Positions 48,879 through 59,900 of a DNA stretch of 64,000 nt are shown here, one piece after another; position 1 is the stretch's first letter, and the number at the start of each line of letters is the position of its first letter. Under the pieces are notes generated by a model. It was not told where the DNA came from. It ran no database searches and saw nothing but the letters and a program-made list of their open reading frames with translations. The stretch is from Lentisphaerota bacterium (GTDB lineage Bacteria; Verrucomicrobiota; Kiritimatiellia; UBA8416; JAIOPI01). The stretch lies in the NCBI GenBank assembly GCA_021413965.1, contig JAIOPI010000019.1, positions 4,585-68,584 on the forward strand. Reading direction: 5' to 3'. Both the position numbers and the translations under genes were made by a program.

Positions 48879-49675
48879 GATGGTGTTTCCCCCTTTTCTA
48901 TCGCACCCGACTCGGCGGGGTCCGGTTCTGAAAATCGATACTCAGCTTTTGGCAGACTGCCCCGGATGAAATCCCGCACAACGCTGTCCCGGGTCGCGAA
49001 GATCTCCTTGGGGGTGCCGACGAAGCGAATGACGCCCTCGTGAAGGACCGCCACCTTCTGCACAAACCCAAACACTTCGGGAATTTCGTGGGACACGATG
49101 ATGCCGCCGAATCCGAGCCGCTTATGGGTCGCCGCGATGAGGGCGTGGATGGAGTGGACGATGATCGGGTCGAGCCCGGTGGTGGGTTCGTCGAACAGCA
49201 TGATTTCCGGCGAGCGCACCAGGGCGCGCGCGAGGGCGGCGCGCTTCGCCATCCCGCCGCTGAGCTGGGCGGGATACTTGTCTTCAGCCCCCTCCAGCCC
49301 CACTTGCTCGAGTTCACCCAGCACACGCGTCCGAATGTCCGCTTCACTCAGCCGGGTCTTCTCCCGCAGGGGAAACGCCACATTCTCAAAGACGGTCATG
49401 GAATCGAAGAGGGCGCCGTTTTGGAAGAGGAAGCCAAAGCGGCCGCGCAGGGCCGCCAACTCGCGGTGGCGCATATGGCACAGATCCTTCCCGTTGAACA
49501 CCACCCGCCCCTCATCCGGCCGCAACAGGCCGGCCACGTGTTTCAGGAACACACTCTTGCCCTCGCCGCTCGGCCCGATCAACGCCACAACGTCCTTGTC
49601 CTGGACGTCAAGTGACGCGCCCTTCAGGACCGGCACGCCGCCAAACGATTTATGCAGATTCTGAATTGCAATCAT
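48875..49675 (-). CDS. mlaF: MlaF ABC ATPase
   Basis: GPSGEGKS, FQNGALFDSM, LSGGM and DEPTTGLDP motifs. Confidence 0.92.
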   Translation of the reverse strand: MIAIQNLHKSFGGVPVLKGASLDVQDKDVVALIGPSGEGKSVFLKHVAGLLRPDEGRVVFNGKDLCHMRHRELAALRGRFGFLFQNGALFDSMTVFENVAFPLREKTRLSEADIRTRVLGELEQVGLEGAEDKYPAQLSGGMAKRAALARALVRSPEIMLFDEPTTGLDPIIVHSIHALIAATHKRLGFGGIIVSHEIPEVFGFVQKVAVLHEGVIRFVGTPKEIFATRDSVVRDFIRGSLPKAEYRFSEPDPAESGAIEKGETPS

Positions 49676-49683
49676 GGCTCGCC

Positions 49684-50478
49684 TCAAAACAGGAGCGACG
49701 TCATCACGTAGTCGCACACCAGGATCAAAACCGATGACAGAACCACGGCCTGTGTCGTCGCCCGGCTCACGCCCTCCGCGCCAAATCCGGTGTAGAATCC
49801 CTTGTAGGAACAGACCCAGGCGATCAGGCCACCGAAGCCGACCGACTTGTAGAGCCCCGCGAGGACGTCCTTGACCTCAACGTAGTCCGCCATCGACCCG
49901 AAGTAGGTCCCCGCGCTGACGCCCAGCAACTTCCCCCCCACCAGGTAGCCCCCCAGAATTCCCATCACGTTGAAGATGGCCGTCAGCAGCGGCACGGACA
50001 CGAGCGCCGCGAGAAAGGGCGGAACGACGAGATAACGATGCGGGCTCAGTCCGAGCATCTCCAGTTCATCGATCTGCTCCGTAATCCGCATGATGCCCAG
50101 CCTGGCCGTGACGGCGGAGCCCGCCCGCCCCGTGACCATCAGTGCCGCCATGACGGGGCCAAGCTCCCGCAGCAGTGACAGCGCCACCATCGGGCCCAGG
50201 AAGGCCGTGGAGCCCACCCGCGAGAGCGTGTAGTACCCCTGGAACGCGATCACCATCCCCGTGAACGCGCCGGTCAACACAATCACCAGCACGGAGCCGA
50301 CACCAATGAAGTGGATTTGCTCCAGAACGCGAAACAGCTTCAATGGTGGCGCGAAGGCGTAGAACAGCGTCTGCGCCAGGAACAAGCCCATCCGTCCCAT
50401 GTCACCGACCACCGCGATGGTCATCCGTCCCATCATCCTGACGGGACGCAGAATCCCGCGGTCAGCCGGATGCTCCAT
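49684..50478 (-). CDS. mlaE: MlaE ABC permease
   Basis: RELGPV, GRAGSA, MRITEQID and GVSRATT.AVV motifs. Confidence 0.92.
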   Translation of the reverse strand: MEHPADRGILRPVRMMGRMTIAVVGDMGRMGLFLAQTLFYAFAPPLKLFRVLEQIHFIGVGSVLVIVLTGAFTGMVIAFQGYYTLSRVGSTAFLGPMVALSLLRELGPVMAALMVTGRAGSAVTARLGIMRITEQIDELEMLGLSPHRYLVVPPFLAALVSVPLLTAIFNVMGILGGYLVGGKLLGVSAGTYFGSMADYVEVKDVLAGLYKSVGFGGLIAWVCSYKGFYTGFGAEGVSRATTQAVVLSSVLILVCDYVMTSLLF

Positions 50479-50504
50479 GGGTGATGTACCTCGGTGCGGA
50501 CGAT

Positions 50505-51041
50505 TTAGAAGCGCCAGTTGACCAGAACCATGCCGGGTGCCAGTTCGTCCGGCAGCGCCGTGAACCACGCATTGGCGGGGAGGAGATTCACCAGGCCGAT
50601 CTGCACCCCGGTTTCCGCATTCTCCGCGTAGTTGACGAATCCGAATTGAAGGCCCGTCAAGTCGCCCGCATAGTTCACCAGCCCCGTCTGCAGACCCTTC
50701 ATGCGTCCGTCGGTGTAGTTCACGAACCCGTTCTGCCAGCCGAGAAAGTCGCCCTTCGTGTAGTTGACCGACGCCCACTGAACGCCCGTGTAGTTGTCTG
50801 CGTAGTTGAGTATGAACGCGAGGCTCAGGCCCTTGCTGTCACCCGTGGATCCGTTCACCAGGCCCAGGGCCAGCGCCGACTGTTGATTCTCGCCCCAAAT
50901 GTTGAGGATCAGGCCTTCCACCGTCTCGCTCCGGTCGACCAGCGCGATATCCGGCGTCAAACTGAGCTGGAGTGGTGCGTTGGCGGCGAATGTTCCGCCC
51001 GCAATCAGGGCAATTCCCAGGCAAGTCAGGAGTGTCTTCAT
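50505..51041 (-). CDS. Exported protein with GxQxGxVN repeats (LA_2272-like surface repeat)
   Basis: Signal peptide; repeats GVQWASVNY, GWQNGFVNY, GLQTGLVNY, GLQFGFVNY, GVQIGLVN; C-terminal NWRF. Confidence 0.75.
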   Translation of the reverse strand: MKTLLTCLGIALIAGGTFAANAPLQLSLTPDIALVDRSETVEGLILNIWGENQQSALALGLVNGSTGDSKGLSLAFILNYADNYTGVQWASVNYTKGDFLGWQNGFVNYTDGRMKGLQTGLVNYAGDLTGLQFGFVNYAENAETGVQIGLVNLLPANAWFTALPDELAPGMVLVNWRF

Positions 51042-51056
51042 GGCGTATCGTTCCCG

Positions 51057-51143
51057 TTATTCAATTGTCAGCATGCGGCACCCGGCCACGACACACGTCA
51101 GTATCGCAAGAAGCCAGATGCACAAGGTGGCGAGTCGGTTCAT
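51057..51143 (-). CDS. Putative 28-aa lipoprotein
   Basis: MNRLATLCIWLLAILTCVVAG|CRMLTIE; GAGGAG upstream. Confidence 0.4.
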   Translation of the reverse strand: MNRLATLCIWLLAILTCVVAGCRMLTIE

Positions 51144-51282
51144 CACGGCGAGTCTCCTCTCTCGTGCAGGCCCTCCGGTTCCTGGCATGCTCAACTCGTG
51201 AGGCCGCGAGCGAGTGGTCGTGTCATCGCGTCTGGTGGTGGGTTTCATGTATGCACAGCCTACGCAGGGCGGTGGTGTGTTG

Positions 51283-51301
51283 CCATGGGGTGGAACCCTA
51301 C
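51283..51301 (-). promoter_or_regulatory. Conserved promoter motif, copy 5, upstream of the mla operon
   Basis: GTAGGGTTCCACCCCATGG, then 20 nt, then TAGGCT. Confidence 0.7.
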
Positions 51302-51409
51302 TCCGTCCATGCGCGTCCGAGCCCGGCTTGTCTCCGGGCCGTCGGCGCGGCGGGACGCCGGACGCAGGGGGCCGTGATGCCCGAGGGGAATGGACGCGGC
51401 GGATGCCGC

Positions 51410-53851
51410 TTATGGAGACCAGGTCACGCGCAGGCGGTAGAAGTCATTTGTGCCAATGCCGGCGGGGTCGAGGCAGAGGAATCGGTTGCTGGCGCTGACG
51501 TAGGCCACGTCGCCCGTGGCAAGATCCGACCAGCCGGACATGCCATGGCTGCGTTGCACGTGGTACCCAACCGCCGTTCCTGCCTGGGATTGGGTCGCGC
51601 TGCCCCAGTTGCCAACCACGGCGTCACCGCCCGGCAGCGCCTGCCATGCCACGCCGGGACGGCCGCTGCCGTCGATGGTCACCCCCGAGAGCGCAAACGC
51701 CATCGGCGCCAGCGGATCCAGGCCGAAGGCGGTCTTCACCCGGAACGGAATCCCGTCTTCGCCGGCCGCGTCAGGATTCCGGGGATCATGCGCGAATCCC
51801 GTGAACGCGTAAGCCTCGAAATCGTTCACCCCGTCACCGTTGCTGTCGGTGTAGCCGTCAACGGGACCGGCGCCCGCGGTCGTCAGATTGGCGAAGTGCT
51901 GGTACTCCCAATCGTCGCCCAGGACGTCGCCGTCCGTGTCGGCGGGGCTCAGCGTCAACACGCTGTTGCTGATGGACGTCGGCACGCTCAAGGGCATGGG
52001 GAAATAGTGATTCGTACGGACGAAGCCCGCCGTTTCCCAGTCGTCCGCCACGCGATCGCCGTCCTGGTCGAGGAACGCGCGCACGCAGTGGGTGCCGTTC
52101 GACAGCCCGGCCAGGCGGAACGCGAAGGCATTGCCGGGCCAGTGCGCGGCGTCAGCGGTGTTGGGCAGTGTGATTTGGGCTTCCGACTCGGGCGCGAAGC
52201 CGGGGCCTGCAAAGGCCTGGACAACAAACTGACCGTTGGTGGCCTTCCCGAAGTAGAACAGTGATCCGGAAATGGAATACGGGCCGTCCGGCTGGTCGGT
52301 CAGGTCGACGCGGAAGGCGCGCGCGACGGACCAGGCGCCCGTGGTTTGCGGGTTGAGCCCCCGCGCGCGCCAGTAATACGTCCCCGGCGGCAGCTGAGCA
52401 TCTCCGGCACGAACCGGCAGGCGATAGACAAAACGCCCATTCTGATCGGGATAGGGCGCCAGGAAGGTGGCGTCGATTATTTTGGCCCCAAAGTCCGCAC
52501 TGCCCGCGACCTGCACCGAGACGCGGGACGCGCCGCTCGCCCCGGACCAGCTGAGGTCGATGCCAGCCGTGGTGAACACATGGCTGTCGGCGGTGACCAG
52601 CACCGGGGCGGTCAAGGTGGGCGGATAGGTCACGGTGAACGTGCTCGAGGTGATCAATTGGTCCGAGCCGTTGACGACATGATAGGCCAGCCACTCGTAA
52701 GCGCCCTGCGGCAAACCGTTCACGCCGCTGTTCTGGAAATCCACTTCATAAAGCCACGCGCGCGGTGCCGCGATGGTGCGATTGAGCACGTTGGGCTTTC
52801 CAGGGAGGCTCGCGCTGCGGATGATGATGTGATAGGTCAGGGCGCCGTCCTGTGGCGGCCACGCAACCCGCGCGTAGCCGGGAAGCGCATAGCCGGGCTG
52901 GCTGGCATTCGGCTGCGAGTCGCTCAATTCCAGCAGGACGGGGCCCACGCGACCCCAGGCGATGCGACTGGGGCGCGCTGGCGCGAGGCCGGCCGGCTCG
53001 CCGGCGTTCCACGCCCCGTTGGTGTTGGCGTCGTAATAGGCGAAGAACCAGGCGTCACCTTCCCGCAGCCGGCCGCTGTCCCACGTGCGGATCGTCAGGC
53101 TTCGGGGGTGGGCGCCAGTCAGATTCGTCACGGTCACCGCGGCATCAGGGGCGCCATCCATCGTGGCCGCGTGGTAGGCCAATACACGGAGAGGACCGGC
53201 ATCGAGCGTGCCGCCGTAAGACACCATGAACAGCACCTCGGGCACGGGTGTTGCAGCCGCATCGGCGGGATTGCCGAGTCCGTTCGTGGCCAGGGATGTC
53301 GGATCCACGCCGCCGAGAAATTCGGACCGGTTGCGCCATCCATCGGCATCGCCGTCACAATGGGCATCGAACACGCGCGGGTCCAACATCATGGAGGCTT
53401 CCCACGCATCGCCCTGGCCGTCGAAATCGGTGTAGGCGGCACCGAAGATGCGAAAACGATTGCTGCCGGTCGAGGCCCAGTCGAAGAAATCCGAAAGACC
53501 CGTGCCCCGTGTGTCCGCGTTACGGGGATTCAGGGCGCGGCCCGTGGTGACGAGGATTTGATATTCGGCCAGATTGTTGAGTCCGTCGAGATCGGGATCG
53601 CCGAGCGCGCCGTCAACACCGGCATCGGAGGACTCGTCGAAGCCGTACGCCTGTTCCCAAGCATCGGGAAGACCATCGCCATCGGTATCCGGTTCAACCG
53701 CGGTGGTCGGCGTGGAAGACGGCGATGGGGCGGCCGCGAGCAGCGCAAGTGCGCAGAAGCCCTGTAGAAGACCGCCGCAGGCCCAGGTAGTCGCTGTCGC
53801 TCGCCAAGGCAAGACCGCCCCCTTGTCCTCCGGTTTCACAGGCCGGTGCAC
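51410..53851 (-). CDS. Exported surface protein with TSP3-like DxDGDG Ca-binding repeats and FN3/Ig-like domains
   Basis: DTDGDGLPDAWE, DPDLDGLNN.AEY, DTDGDVLGDDWE, YYWRARG; C-terminal FYRLRV; start uncertain. Confidence 0.75.
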   Translation of the reverse strand: MHRPVKPEDKGAVLPWRATATTWACGGLLQGFCALALLAAAPSPSSTPTTAVEPDTDGDGLPDAWEQAYGFDESSDAGVDGALGDPDLDGLNNLAEYQILVTTGRALNPRNADTRGTGLSDFFDWASTGSNRFRIFGAAYTDFDGQGDAWEASMMLDPRVFDAHCDGDADGWRNRSEFLGGVDPTSLATNGLGNPADAAATPVPEVLFMVSYGGTLDAGPLRVLAYHAATMDGAPDAAVTVTNLTGAHPRSLTIRTWDSGRLREGDAWFFAYYDANTNGAWNAGEPAGLAPARPSRIAWGRVGPVLLELSDSQPNASQPGYALPGYARVAWPPQDGALTYHIIIRSASLPGKPNVLNRTIAAPRAWLYEVDFQNSGVNGLPQGAYEWLAYHVVNGSDQLITSSTFTVTYPPTLTAPVLVTADSHVFTTAGIDLSWSGASGASRVSVQVAGSADFGAKIIDATFLAPYPDQNGRFVYRLPVRAGDAQLPPGTYYWRARGLNPQTTGAWSVARAFRVDLTDQPDGPYSISGSLFYFGKATNGQFVVQAFAGPGFAPESEAQITLPNTADAAHWPGNAFAFRLAGLSNGTHCVRAFLDQDGDRVADDWETAGFVRTNHYFPMPLSVPTSISNSVLTLSPADTDGDVLGDDWEYQHFANLTTAGAGPVDGYTDSNGDGVNDFEAYAFTGFAHDPRNPDAAGEDGIPFRVKTAFGLDPLAPMAFALSGVTIDGSGRPGVAWQALPGGDAVVGNWGSATQSQAGTAVGYHVQRSHGMSGWSDLATGDVAYVSASNRFLCLDPAGIGTNDFYRLRVTWSP

Positions 53852-53900
53852 GCATGGGGCCGGTGAGGAATCCAGATCGGGACGAATTCTGCACGGACGC

Positions 53901-56900
53901 TCAGCGCAAGTCGAGCATGCCCTGCACGTGACGGGTCTTGTCTGCCAGGGCCTCGACGCGGGTCTTCAAGCCGGCATCTGCCAGAATAGCGGTGCCCAGC
54001 CCGGTGGTCTGGAGCGGCGCGCGCGAGCCCACGCAGGCCGCCGCCATGGCGATTTCCGCGGAATCCTGGTTTTGCTTCAGGTAGGCCAGGGACTGGCGCA
54101 CGGCGGCGGGTGGCGCATCCGTCAGTAGTTTTCCGAGTGCCTGCACGACGGCCCGGGCGGCTTGGGCGTGGTGTTCGTAGGCGCGGCGCACCGCCAACTC
54201 GCGATCATTCACGAGCCGCCCGCCATCCACAACCTGTCCGGTTTTCTCGGCGTCCTGGCAGGCGACGACAAAGTTGTTGAGAAGCTTGCCTGCCTGGCAC
54301 AGCGCCAGATTCAAGTCATAGGCGTCGAGGGTGCCGCCGCCCGTGTGGTACCGCACCAAGTCATCCAGGGTGCCGATACTGCCTTCATCGGTCGGGATGA
54401 ACTGGATGTGCGCCTGCCAGCGATATTGCTCAGGGACCGCCCAGGTCGTGTTAACCGCCCCCATGCCGGAGTCCGCCCAGCCAAGAAGCACCGCCTCGAA
54501 AAGCGCCTGCTGCCCGGCGCGGGGACTCTCCTTGATCATCTTCTGACCCACCGCGCGCAACTCCTCGGCCACGCTTCCGAACTTGCTCTCGTCGAGGCCG
54601 CCGGCCGCCGCATCCGCCCAGACGCGAAGCCGCGGGTAGTCGGCCACCACGGTTTGTGATTCGAGCGCCTTCGGCACGGCCGGCAGCGTGAAGGCGATCT
54701 TGGGCTGGCTGTCCCGCTCCTTGAACCGGCGCGGGCTGTTGTCCACCGCGGGGTCCGCGACCTGGTAGAGGTACGCCAGGTAATTCTGGATCTGGGCGTT
54801 GGCGCGCTGCAAATCATTGGTGAGGGATGCCGTCAGCGATTGCATCCACGTGGCATAGAGGTTGGTGTACTGCGACGTATGCCCCGGCCATTCGAAGGAA
54901 GGGGTGGGCGCTGAGAAAAGCGTGTACAGCGCCTGCATGTCGCGGCGTTGCCAGGCCGTGGCCACCTGGTCGAGGGTCTGGCGAGTCGCCTTGGGCTTCC
55001 ACTCGCTGGCGGCCGGACCTTCCACCTGGCGGGCGTCATCGCCGATGTTCAGCGCCAGCTCGCGCGTGATGGCATCGTAATCGGGACGCATGAACTGGAA
55101 CTGCCAGGCGCCGGGCTGAAGCTTCAAGGCCTCGCCGCTGCGCACCGGCGTGAAGGTCGTTGTCCCCTTGGCCGCGTAGCGAACGCCCGCCACCGGCGGC
55201 TGCCCCGGTTCCGCCACGGCGGGGACATTCACGGTCACGCTCACCGGTGCCGTCTCGAACGCCCCGACCGCCAGCTCCGCGCCGCCGCCCGGCACGAGTG
55301 CCACGGTTTTGGTCTGAGAGACATACCCGCGCTTGCCGCTGTCCAGCCGGACGTCCACCTTGGCGCTCGCGGTGGCCGCTACGTCCAGCAACTGCTTGGT
55401 ACCGGCGGCGCACTCGCCCCACTTCTGGCTGCCGCTGTTGATCACGACCGGCTGTCCGCTCTGATTCACGACGCGCAGGCAGAAGAGCCGCTGCTGCTTG
55501 TCGAGTTCGGCCAGCATGGCCTTGCCGGGCTCCGCGAAGAGCCGCGCCGCGCCATCCGCCACCGCGCGCAGCGCCTGCAGCCGGGCTTGGCGCGTTTCCA
55601 CCGGGTCGCGCTCTGCGGCGAGCGCCTGTACCTTCGTGCCGAGCCCCGCGCCGATCTGTTGGAGGGCTTTGGCCGTTCCGGCGCCGCTCCAGATGTCCGT
55701 GTACGTCTGCTGCATGGCCGCCACGCGCGCCACGATGTTGCTCAGCGCGCGGGCGTCGGCCCCGGCGACCTCGCCCTGCACGCGCGCCAGTTCTCCCTGA
55801 AGCGCGGCCACCCGCGAGTCGCGCAATCCCGCCGTGAGCCCGTCCCGCGTGGCCCGGACCTGCTGCAGCATCGCCTGATAGTTCTCCTCGGAAAAGATGC
55901 GCGTTTCCGCGGCGCGGCGCAGGCTCTTCTCAAGGCTGTCGACCACGGCCACGCTGCCTGGCGTCGGCGTCAGTGTGCTCAGCAGGCGCCCGCAGGAATT
56001 GGTGAACGCCTCGCCGACGGTCGCCCAGAGCGGGCGAATGGATGGCGTATCCAACAGGGCACGTTCCGTGTTGGCCAGCGCGACACATTCCTCGGCGGCC
56101 TTACCCAGGCCCGCGGCGTCGGTCGCTCCGGCCAGCGTCTTGAGGGTGCCCAGGCTGGTCGTGACATGGCTGAGGCGGTCGGTGGAGGCGGCCCGCGCCT
56201 TGTCAACGTCGGCCAGCGCGGCATCCGCCGCCGCGTCGGCATGCACGGCGCGCATGGCCGTGTTCAGGGCGCGCAGCGCATCGCGATCCGCATCCCCGGC
56301 GGTCATGTCCAGCTCCTGGTAGTGACGGCGCGCGCTCTCGGTCTGGCTGCCGGTGATGCGGGTAAAGGCCCCCGCCACGGCGCTCTTGAGCCGCGCTTCC
56401 ACGGCGGGCCGATTGGTGCCGGCCGCGTCGCGCACGCCCGTGTAGTCCTTCAGCAGCGCGGTCAGCAATTCCGGCGTGGTGGCGGCCTTGGCCCGCGTCT
56501 CAATTCCGGCGATCCGATCCGCCATCACCAGCGCGCCCAGTTTGGACTCGGCCAGGGCGGCCAGGCGGTCGAATTCCGGTCCCGCCAGCGTGACCAATCC
56601 GGGCGCCGTGGTCCGCAACGCGGTCAGGGCCTTGTAGCTTTCCGGCGTGGGCGTCGTAGACTGCTGCGCGAGGTAAGCCGTGAATCGCGTTCGCAGTTGT
56701 TCCGTGACCGGCCGGAATGCGGCATCACGGTCGGCGGCGGCAATCCCGGGCCAGATCTTGCCGTTCTGCGCGTTGAGTTCGCTGGAGAGAGCCTCGAGCC
56801 CGGGCACGTCCTTGGCCGCCACGGTGACGGGGATCTTCTGTGTCAGCGCGCGCACCGTCAGCGCGAGATCCAGTTTGCCGAGCGCGGCCGCCATGGCGGC

Positions 56901-59900
56901 GCTGGCCCGCTCGTGCGCGTCCGCGGCGACCGGCGCGGGGCGCGCGAGCTTCCAGGCGTCCAGCACCTTCGCAGCCGCGTCCCGGTTCTGTGCCGAAATC
57001 GCCGTGGCGAAATTGTTGCTGAAGGCGGCGGCGACCTGCAGCCCCTGCTTGTTGAGCTGCTCCGTGACGGCCTTCCAGCGCGGCTCGCCGGGCTCCTTGA
57101 GCGCCCGTGCCTGAATCGCTTCAAGCGTCTGGTTGAGTTCGGTGACGTATGCGGCCTCCGGCTGCGGCGCGGTGGCGAGGAACTTCGCCAGGCCGCTCTC
57201 GAACGCGCGCTGCGGCAGCCAGCGCGCGAGTACGACGGCCACGACGATGACGACGACCGCCGCCGCGGCGATACCGATGGGTTTCCAGGGAATCTTGATC
57301 GGCGGCCGCGGCGGTTTGGCGGGCTTCGGCGGCTTCTCGGGTTTGGGCGCCGGTGCGGGCTTCGGTTCGGGAACGGGCTTTGGCTGAGGTTTGGGCGCGG
57401 GCTCCGGCTTCGGCGCGGGCTCCGGCTTGGCGGCCGGCTTCGGTGCCGGCGCGGGTTTGGGTTCCGGCTTGGCCGCGGGAGCGGCTGGCGCGGGCTCAGG
57501 AAGCGGCGCGGGTTTGGGCGCCTCTGCCGGTTTGGCGGGCTCGCGAGGTTTCTCGGGCTCGGGCGCCGGCTTCGATACGTGGGCAGGCTTGGCGGCCGGC
57601 TTGATTTGGACCGTCTCATCCGGCGCGGGCGGCTTGGCGGGTTCCACCGCGGGCTTCGGCGCTTCTACGACGGGCTTCGGGGCTTCCGCCACGGGGGGCG
57701 CGGGCGCCGCGCCGCGCGCCGCCTCGGCCACGGCTTCCTTCGCCCGCGCGTCCTCGATGATCTTGCGCATGGTCGCTTCGTCGAAGGCAGGCATCGCCAT
57801 CGTCTCGCCTTCCGATACGGGAGGCTGGAGCGCCATGGTCTTTGGTTCGTCGTAGACGGGCAGCGCCATCGTCTTGGCTTCGGCCTCTTCATCCACGGCC
57901 GGGGCCGCGGCGGCGGCGGTCGCGCGGCGCTCGGCGGCAAGGCGCGCCTGCTCGTCGTCCCACATCAGGAGAATCTCGGCATCGCGAAGCGCGGCGGCGA
58001 ACGCCGTCGGGTCGAGCTGTTCCGCCGCGCTGGCGGACGTGGCGCGCTCGAGCAGGCGGGCGAGATTGGGGAAGCGCTTATCCAGCGGCAGGGTCCGTCG
58101 CAGGCCCTCGCGCCCGGCGGCACCTGAGGGGCCGCCGCCAACGATGTCGCGCATGGCCAGCGCCAGCGAACGCGTGTCCGCTTTGCGCGTCAGTTCCCAG
58201 ATCGGCGAGGGGCGCCCCTCGAGGCTCGAGCCCGGGCTGCCTTCGAAGGCATGCGCGACGCCCCAATCCAACCACTTCAGGCCCGCGCCATCCGCCGCGG
58301 TCAGGAACAGGCTTTCGGCGGAAAGCAACGTGGCGCGCAGCCCTTCGCCGTGCAGATCGACCAGCAAGTCGGCCAGGCTGGCGAACAGTTCGAGCACCTG
58401 GGCCAGATCCGCCCGCTGCAGCGTGTTGGGTTTCGGGAAGACCGTTTTCGGGCTGGTCTGGTAGAAGCGCTCGTCGAAGTCCGTGACGAGATACAGGGCG
58501 GCCTGGCCCTGCTCACGGGCGCGCCACGCGTGGTCGAGATACGTGACGAGCAGCTTGTGCTGGATCTGGGCGAGGTTGCCCGCGCGCTCGTGGAAAAGTT
58601 TCGCATCGATGGCGCCCTGGGCCTGGCGAATCAGGACGACACGGCCGTCGCGCAGGCGGCGCGCGCGCAGGAGGGCCCCGATGTCATCGCGCCGCAGCGT
58701 CGCATCGATGAAGTAGGTTTCGCGCCCCTGCACGAGCGAGCCGAGCACCTGCTCGATGGCCTGGCTCATGGCCTCTGCGGAGGGGAAGCGTTGCTCCGGC
58801 TTCCAGGCCAGACTGCGCGACGTCACGTCCTTCAACACCGGAATCGTCTGGAAGATGGGATGGGTGAACGGCAGGACGGCCGGCTTCTGGGAGCGGCCGA
58901 TGAACTCCATCCAGCCGCTCGGGCCGTCCGCGAGCCGCGGCAGGGGCGATTCGCCTGTCAGGGCTTCATAGAAGCACAGCCCCATGGAGTACAGGTCGGA
59001 TTGCGCCGACCCGCGGTCCTTGCCGCTCTGCGCAAACTCGGGGGCCATGTAGTCCGGCGTGCCCGGCACCTGCCCGCCCGTCATCGTGCCGCTGACGTCG
59101 CGCGCGATCCCCAAGTCGAAAATCTTGGCCCGCTCCGGGTGCCCGGCGGGGCTGTACAGGTTGCCCGGCTTGATGTCGCGGTGGATGATGCCGTGAACGT
59201 GGAGATGGTGCAGGGCTTTGAGGTAGTTCACGAACAGCTCGAGCGCTTCCGTGAGATCCATGCCCGTGCGGGACTGGCGGATGCGTCCGCGCAGGGTGAA
59301 CTCGGGCATCCCGTCGAGGTACTCGAGTACCAGGAAGTGCTGCTCCTCGGTGCCGAGGCGCCCCTTGACGAAATCGCGGAACAGCACGATGTGCGGGTGC
59401 GTGTACTGCTGCAGCACGCGCGCCTCGCGCAGGAAGCGATCCACCTGCGACTCCGCGGTCAGGCGTTTGAGCGCCACGATCTCGCCGTTGCTCCGCCGCT
59501 GAGCCTTGTAGACCTCCCCGAAACCGCCCCGGCCGATGAACTCCAGCAACTCGTACACTTCATCGGAGTCGTCCTGGCGGATGACGCGCCGCTCGATCTT
59601 CTTGAACTCGCGCAGGACCTGCTCGAAGGTCTGGTAGCGATCGTCGCGGGACGCATGCAGGCACGTGCGGATGAACGTGGGCGCGCCGTTCAGCACCTGC
59701 AGGCCCGGCAGGTCCGTCTTGATGCGCGGCGCCTCACCGGAGTGCCAGCGCTGCACGTAGCCGATCATCGCGTTGTCGCCCAGCGGCGGGAACGGCAGCT
59801 TGCCCGTCAGAATCTGGAAAAACACGACGCCGAAACTGAAGATGTCCGACTTCTCGTCGCCGGAGAAGTTGTTGCCGAGCTTGACCCAGTCCGGGGCCAT

